Source of the DNA: Haliotis rufescens
Taxonomy: Eukaryota
Direction: 5' to 3'
Assembly: GCF_023055435.1 (NCBI RefSeq)
Contig: NW_025964372.1
Location: 7,688,001 to 7,752,000, forward strand
DNA length: 64,000 bases
In this document: positions 57,836 to 64,000 of the stretch, piece by piece
Position numbering within the stretch: the stretch's first letter is position 1
Layout: each line of letters starts with the position of its first letter
Made by a program: the position numbers and the translations under genes
The notes under the pieces: generated by a model
What the model was told of the DNA's origin: nothing
What the model saw: only the letters and a program-made list of their open reading frames with translations
Database searches by the model: none

Positions 57836-58098
57836 ATTTGTTTGTTTGTTTGTTGTTTATCGCAGCACTTAGCAATATTCCACCTACATGGCGGCGGTCT
57901 GTAAATAATCGAGTCTGGACCAAACGATCCAGTGACATCAAGAGCATCGATCCACGCAATTGGGACACGATGACATACATCAATCAAGTCAGCGAGCCTT
58001 ACCACCCGATCCCGTTTGTCGCCTCTTACGACAAGCATAGTTGCTTTTTACGGCAAGCAGGGGCTGCTGAAGACCTATACTCCGGATCTTCACGGGTT
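57836..58098 (-). mobile_element. SINE-like family B, full-length
   Basis: Family B head to tail. Confidence 0.87.
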
Positions 58099-58179
58099 AA
58101 CGGAATCAATGACTTCATGAATTTGTCAAATCTTAGAAGGGGGTGCATTGAGAGCCGATGCAGTAATCCCGCCCATGTA

Positions 58180-58770
58180 AACGTCGCGACGTTTCCTAGC
58201 AACCACCGTATACATTAAAAATTAATTACTTGGTCCATGTTTCCAGTGTTTACCGCAGTTGTTGACAAACAAACCCCGCCCGCTGAGACAGCAACCACCC
58301 CAATAACAAGGCCTACTGCTTCCTGAATTCTCAAGTACAACCCTATTAATATATTAATAATCCTAAACATCAATGATCAAAACAATCCTCCTATCGGTCA
58401 CTACGAAGGTCGCCTTTGCTCTGCCCAGTGGTCAAACAGGACGATTGTTTCGCAAGAAACGGCCGGTATTGATTGATTCGCTGAGCCGAAATTGACGCTG
58501 TGACGTCACGGCACACAGGTAAATCTACTTCCAGGTGTATAGGCCATAAGCTGCTGATTGTCACAGGTGATATTGCCCCCAATAAGCTTCATATCAAGGT
58601 AAGTCAGTTAGATAATTACACGATCTCATTTGTCTAAAACTCGAGCTACAGGTTTAAACAACGTAACGGGCAAGAAGACAACACAATTTAATCTTTGTAG
58701 GTCAGCCCGAGTTGGAGCGCATTTCAGCTTATCTAGCGGCTGTGTACTTGGGAGGAACGCACAGGTAATA
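58180..58770 (+). promoter_or_regulatory. Probable promoter and 5' non-coding exons of a plus-strand gene continuing beyond the window
   Basis: X-box GTTTCCTAGCAAC (58191-58203), CRE TGACGTCA (58501-58508), strong donor AAG|GTAAGT (58599), 64-nt exon 58701-58764 (ttgtag / CAG|gtaata), further acceptor TTTTTTCAG at 61660. Confidence 0.55.
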
Positions 58771-59764
58771 TCAGTCTTTTGACTACATATTTGACAGAAA
58801 CTGTCATAATGTTTTCAAATGTAATGATTTGGCAAAGCAGGTGATCGTGTTCTCGTATTAACACTGATTTTGTGCAAACTTGACATTTAGGACCATAGAA
58901 GTGTGTCAACATTTCTCTGTACTTTTTTTAACAAGCTGTGGCCATTGTGGCAGTCCCTTGCGGATAGAAAAGTTGTGCTGCGTAGTTAGCTTTGTGGGAC
59001 CATAGAGATTGTGATCATGGTGATTATGTTTGAGGAACACAATTGACTGCACACGCAGTTCACAGCAAGCGAACTACTGCCTCGGTCTTTTAAATAACTC
59101 GATAAATACCCTTTACTGTTCACGCATGTAACGTTGTATATTTACTCAAGAAGTACATGTTCTTAACCCGATCGTATTACTCTGCATATAATCAAATATG
59201 CATTGTTTGAATGTTTGTGACATTTTTCAACATTGTAGTCTGCTAAAATAATGCAAGAATTGACGGCCGGGGTGTTTTGAAAGTTGATAATGGCGACCAC
59301 AGCCCGGGTGAACATGTTATCTCGCGGCTATCTCTACCCGTTACGTCGATGCGGTAAATATGCCTTAGACGCCCAGATCACACCCGGGACAAATGGAGGT
59401 ATGGACGGTGATAGGACACAATCGATCCCAGCTCTCTGCCACACGTCTGGATATGGACTCGTACTTCTAGTTGCCCCGGCCCGTTATTGAACGACACGGA
59501 ATTCCCTGCAGGGAGTTTCTTTGACCATCTTGACAGATTCTTTGACACCAAAGTACAATATTCGATAGGTACAAGCTCATAATGATGTCAATAACAATAC
59601 TGGCGGCCCAGACTGTCATAATGTAGGTTTACATTTCACATCTTTTATCTAAGGGGATGAACATTTTTTCTTTGGCTGTTTAGAAATATGAACTGGCTAA
59701 GTGTTTCTGGTTGTTGAGTGTGTAGACACAAGGGTTATTTTCACCAAGCGTAGATTAAGTGTTG

Positions 59765-60742
59765 ATGGTTATGCTCAGTGTTTGACGAGGTACGTTGAAT
59801 GGTGTCATATTGCAGATATGTTTGATGAGGTACAATGAGTTGTATCATATTGTAGTTATGCTCAGTGTTTGACGAGGTACGTTGAATGGTGTCATATTGC
59901 AGATATGTTTGATGAGGTACACTGAGTTGTGTCATATTGCAGATATGTTTGATGAGGTACAATGAGTTGTATCATATTGTAGTTATGCTCAGTGTTTGAC
60001 GAGGTACGTTGAATGGTGTCATATTGCAGATATGTTTGATGAGGTACACTGAGTTGTGTCATATTGCAGATATGTTTGATGAGGTACAATGAGTTGTATC
60101 ATATTGTAGTTATGCTCAGTGTTTGACGAGGTACGTTGAATGGTGTCATATTGCAGATATGTTTGATGAGGTACAATGAGTTGTATCATATTGTAGTTAT
60201 GCTCATTGTTTGACGAGGTACGTTGAATGGTGTCATATTGCAGATATGTTTGATGAGGTACAATGAGTTGTATCATATTGTAGTTATGCTCAGTGTTTGA
60301 CGAGGTACGTTGAATGGTGTCATATTGCAGATATGTTTGATGAGGTACACTGAGTTGTGTCATATTGCAGATATGTTTGATGAGGTACAATGAGTTGTAT
60401 CATATTGTAGTTATGCTCAATGTTTGACGAGGTACGAGTTGTATCATATTGCATAAGTGCTCAATGTTTGACGAGGCACAGTGAGTTGTATCATATTGCA
60501 GCTATGCTCAATGTTTGACGAGGTACGAGTTGTATCATATTGTAGCTATGCTCAATGTTTGACGAGGTACGAGTTGTATCATAGTGTAGTTATGCTCAAT
60601 GTTTGACGAGGCACAGTGAGTTGTATCATATTGTAGTTATGCTCAATGTTTGACGAGGTACGAGTTGTATCATATTGCATATGTGCTCAATGTTTGACGA
60701 GGCACAGTGAGTTGTATCATATTGTAGCTATGCTCAATGTTT
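59765..60742. repeat. Higher-order minisatellite of 47-bp and 40-bp related monomers (87- and 127-bp periods)
   Basis: TTTGACGAGG recurs at offsets 87, 127, 127, 87, 87, 127. Confidence 0.93.
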
Positions 60743-60942
60743 GTTGCACGGAAACTCTCACATGCAACACATCGCGATGCGTATCCGTTTCGCAAGGTTT
60801 CTTAACGAAACTCTTCCTCGTGTCAAATATCTGGTTTTGTTGGTTAAGCTGAATATGGAGCTAATATCGATACAAACTCCCAGCCCGCAACCCGCACATA
60901 CATCTGCTTCACATGTTCCAGATACCAATACACACATTTACC

Positions 60943-61341
60943 GTCAAGCATCATATATGAACCAGTTCGCATACTCCTGTGTGACAATGGTTCTCAATAC
61001 CAAGACCTGTCAAGCATCATGTATGAACCAGTTCGCATATTCCTGTGTGACAATGGCTCTCAATACCAAGACCTGTCAAGCATTATGTATGAACCAGTTC
61101 GCATACTCCTGTGTGACAATGGTTCTCAATACCAAGACCTGTCAAGCATCATGTATGAACCAGTTCGCATACTCCTGTGTGACAATGGTTCTCAATACCA
61201 AGACCTGTCAAGTGTTATGTATGAACCAGTTCGCATACTCCTGTGTGACAATGGTTCTCAATACCAAGACCTGTCAAGTGTTATGTATGAACCAGTTCGC
61301 ATACTCCCGTGTGACAATGGTTCTCAATACCAAGATCTGTC
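60943..61341. repeat. 66-bp minisatellite, 6 copies
   Basis: 22-aa repeat in spurious ORFs. Confidence 0.95.
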
Positions 61342-61615
61342 TAGAGCGACCACCCGTAGAGCTGGAAGGTCCGGGGTTCGATCCCCGGTCGCGTCATAAC
61401 AAAATAATTTAAAAGATGGTACTTGTTGTTACCCTGCCTAGCGATCGTCATTAAGGATTAAAACAAGGACTAGGCGGCTAGGAGTCAGTATACTGTGTCT
61501 GAGTGGGGTATTCATGTTACCTGCATGGTATATCAGGTAACTCAACTGCGGCATGGTATCTCAGTGGGCTGGCACTGAAGAAATCGGCATTAGTCCAGAC
61601 TAGCACTATTTTAAA
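61340..61615 (+). mobile_element. SINE family D copy with tRNA-like head
   Basis: GGTTCGATCCCC B-box; body matches 9470-9700. Confidence 0.75.
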
Positions 61616-61988
61616 AAACCTAAAAAACTTTTAGGTCAAGCGGTGGTCGTGTTTTTTCAGGTGAATAACTCTAAAAGCACACGGAAACGTCTCGTCTTAA
61701 CCTGTAGGGCACATCTTTCCCCATTGTCACCTTTACCCTCGTGTTTCCTGAATCGGGAACTTCTTTCACCCGGAAACCCGCAAGGAACTCACCACAGTTT
61801 AAACACCGTGCGTATTGTCCTCCATACCTTCATAAACAGTAACGACTGATTAGGATGTAAATCTTTTCAACGAGGGAGGAATGCAGTTATACATAGAACA
61901 TGTTGTTAGATCCTTTCCTGTCACACAACGGTTGTATTGTTAAAATGTATTATACTTATTCGAAAACTTTGATTAAAATAAAATAAAA

Positions 61989-62163
61989 CAGCAAACTACG
62001 GTTATAACGAACACGCTTATAACGAACTAACGGATATAACGAACTAACTTTTTAGTCCCGACCATATGCTGTAGTTATGCTGTATATATGCTTATAACGA
62101 ATTACCATTATAACGAACTAAAATTAGTAGTCCCTTTGAGTTCGTTATAACCGTAGTTTACTG
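61989..62163. mobile_element. Tigger/pogo-type MITE, second copy
   Basis: Near-identical to 55984-56158. Confidence 0.9.
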
Positions 62164-62572
62164 TAATATTTCTTTCGAAATGGAATTAAATAATTTAAAT
62201 ATGCCTTCAATTTTCAAGTGTTTAGATATTTCACAAGGATTTTTGCTCAATTATTAAAGGAATAAAACGAAGCCATATTTGAAACACACACACAAGACTA
62301 AGCATCTTGTAAATTAAACCTTATATCGGTTATAGTCAAGGTATAAAACGACTGAAATTTTCACTTAGGCAATTTACAAAACGCTTACATATTTCATTCA
62401 TTTTAGGAAGCCTTTTTAAACTTATATATATGTTCTAGTCAATCTGTCAAATTAAATACAGGTTTTTCAGTCGATTTGTAAAATGATCTTAATATTTTTA
62501 AATTGCCTAAGTGATTCACCTTTGAAACACATTGACTGAAACATGTGTACGTATATATACCTAGAACCAATA

Positions 62573-63255
62573 CACTCTTCAAAAAAAGAAACGCAGAGGT
62601 AGATTTTGAGTAAATTTATTGTACCTTATAAAATCGCTATATTTAATTTAATATCATAGATACAAAGATACAATTTTAGAGCTCGATAGTCACATGTTGT
62701 CGTTGTACAAAAGCATTGAAAACTGTTCGTTATCATGTCACATAAGGCCACGTGTGACCGCCCCGGGCAGCAATCACGGCTCTGCATCTCCTCGGCACTG
62801 ACTGGATAAGTGTACGAATTCCGTTCTGCGGAATTCTGCGCCATTCTGCTTGTAACGCCTTGGTCAGTTGTGGGAGTGACTGCGGACTGTCTTCCATCTC
62901 GCCGGTGAAGAAGAAATCGTGATTCATCGCTAAACTACACTCATCTCAAGTTTCTCAAATACCAAGGCTGTAAGGTATGGCACGAACGTTAACGCAAGCG
63001 TCGCTGTCGATGGATCTGCTGCAAAAGAGGGACGATAACTGGTCTTCTGGGTCGGATTCCAGCCTCGCAAAGATGGTTCCTGACAGGGTGCTCCGATATC
63101 CTCCTTAAACCAAGGATGCGTACTGCAGTCTCCGTAGCTGTGGCATTGCGATGACGTAGGTGGAACAGACGAATGTAGCGACTTTTACCGGATTTTTTAT
63201 GTAGTCAGGTTCAATGAACTACATACTACCTGTGCGTTTCGTTTTTGGAAGAGTG
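62573..63255 (-). mobile_element. Internally deleted Tc1 element, 683 bp
   Basis: TIR CACTCTTCmAAAAmGAAACGCAsAGGTAG with TA TSD; remnants ALQAEWRRIPQ...RRCRAVIAARGGHT. Confidence 0.9.
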
Positions 63256-63554
63256 TATGTCTCAACCCATGGTATATTTGCGTGGTTGTCAGCCTGAGGG
63301 GCGTCCACCGCGTACCCGGATACACACGCGCGTGCTGCACCAACCGGAAAGGTCATTGTGACCTAGACATTGAGAAAGGGCCTACCTTTATCTAACATCG
63401 CTGTCATCGGGTGTGCCCTCACGCCCAGACAAGATTCTTATTAATAACTGTCGAGCAGGAAAAATAATATCGTATTCGGTTTATGTCAAGTAGTGAAATT
63501 TTTTTTGAGAAACATGACACACAAGTGCTAGTCATATATTTATACAAACAGAAC

Positions 63555-64000
63555 TCATGGGGCGAGGGTGTTCATGTGTAAACCATGGGACGAGTGTGTT
63601 GATGTGTAAACCATGGGACGAGGGTGTTGATGTGTAAACCATGGGACGAGTGTGTTGGTGTGTAAACCATGGGACGAGGGTGTTGGTTTGTAAACCATGG
63701 GACGAGGATGTTCATGTGTAAACCATGGGGCGAGGGTGTTCATGTGTAAACCATGGGACGAGGGTGTTGATGTGTAAACCATGGGACGAGGGTGTTGGTG
63801 TGTAAACCATGGGACGAGGGTGTTGGTGTGTAAACCATGGGACGAGGGTGTTGGTGTGTAAACCATAGGACGAGGGTGATGGTGTGTAAACCATGGGACG
63901 AGGGTGTTGGTGTGTAAACCATGGGACGAGGGTGTTGATGTGTAAACCATGGGACGAGGGTGATGGTGTGTAAACCATGGGACGAGGGTGTTGGTGTGTA
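63555..64000. repeat. 28-bp minisatellite (TGTAAACCATGGGACGAGGGTGTTGGTG), runs off the window end
   Basis: Period of 28 read directly. Confidence 0.96.

Noticed and set aside
61643-61849. Coding exon after the acceptor at 61660
   Set aside because: The acceptor is strong, but there is no convincing donor or recognisable peptide; kept only as a possible non-coding exon.

Overview
AT-rich, intron- and repeat-rich animal genomic DNA. The SINE repertoire suggests a mollusc, possibly a gastropod; that assignment is inference. Three spliced protein-coding genes were reconstructed by hand with GT-AG junctions and consistent phases. (1) DOLPP1: minus strand, 8 coding exons, 245 aa. (2) QTRT1: plus strand, 9 coding exons, 394 aa, head-to-head with DOLPP1 across only 115 bp. 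(3) An unrecognised Pro/Arg/Ser-rich 266-aa gene: minus strand, 4 coding exons, with a dual-CRE promoter and non-coding first exon that occur twice (~35.0 kb and ~39.8 kb). A probable fourth transcription unit starts near 58.2-58.8 kb (X-box, CRE, splice sites). The rest is about a dozen minisatellite arrays, at least four SINE-like families, three Tc1/mariner elements, several MITEs and two LINE relics. The most striking structure is an 8.1-kb element (42413-50553) with GGG-starting TIRs and an 8-bp target-site duplication. It carries a split 214-bp tandem array, a nested Tc1, a 200-bp foldback, an orphan ORF and an RNase H LINE fragment. Other candidates for follow-up: a hairpin-sequestered poison exon in QTRT1 intron 7, a headless SINE with a pseudoknot-like 5' end, and two satellites sharing motifs in opposite orientations. 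No database searches were run; family names rest on recalled motifs.
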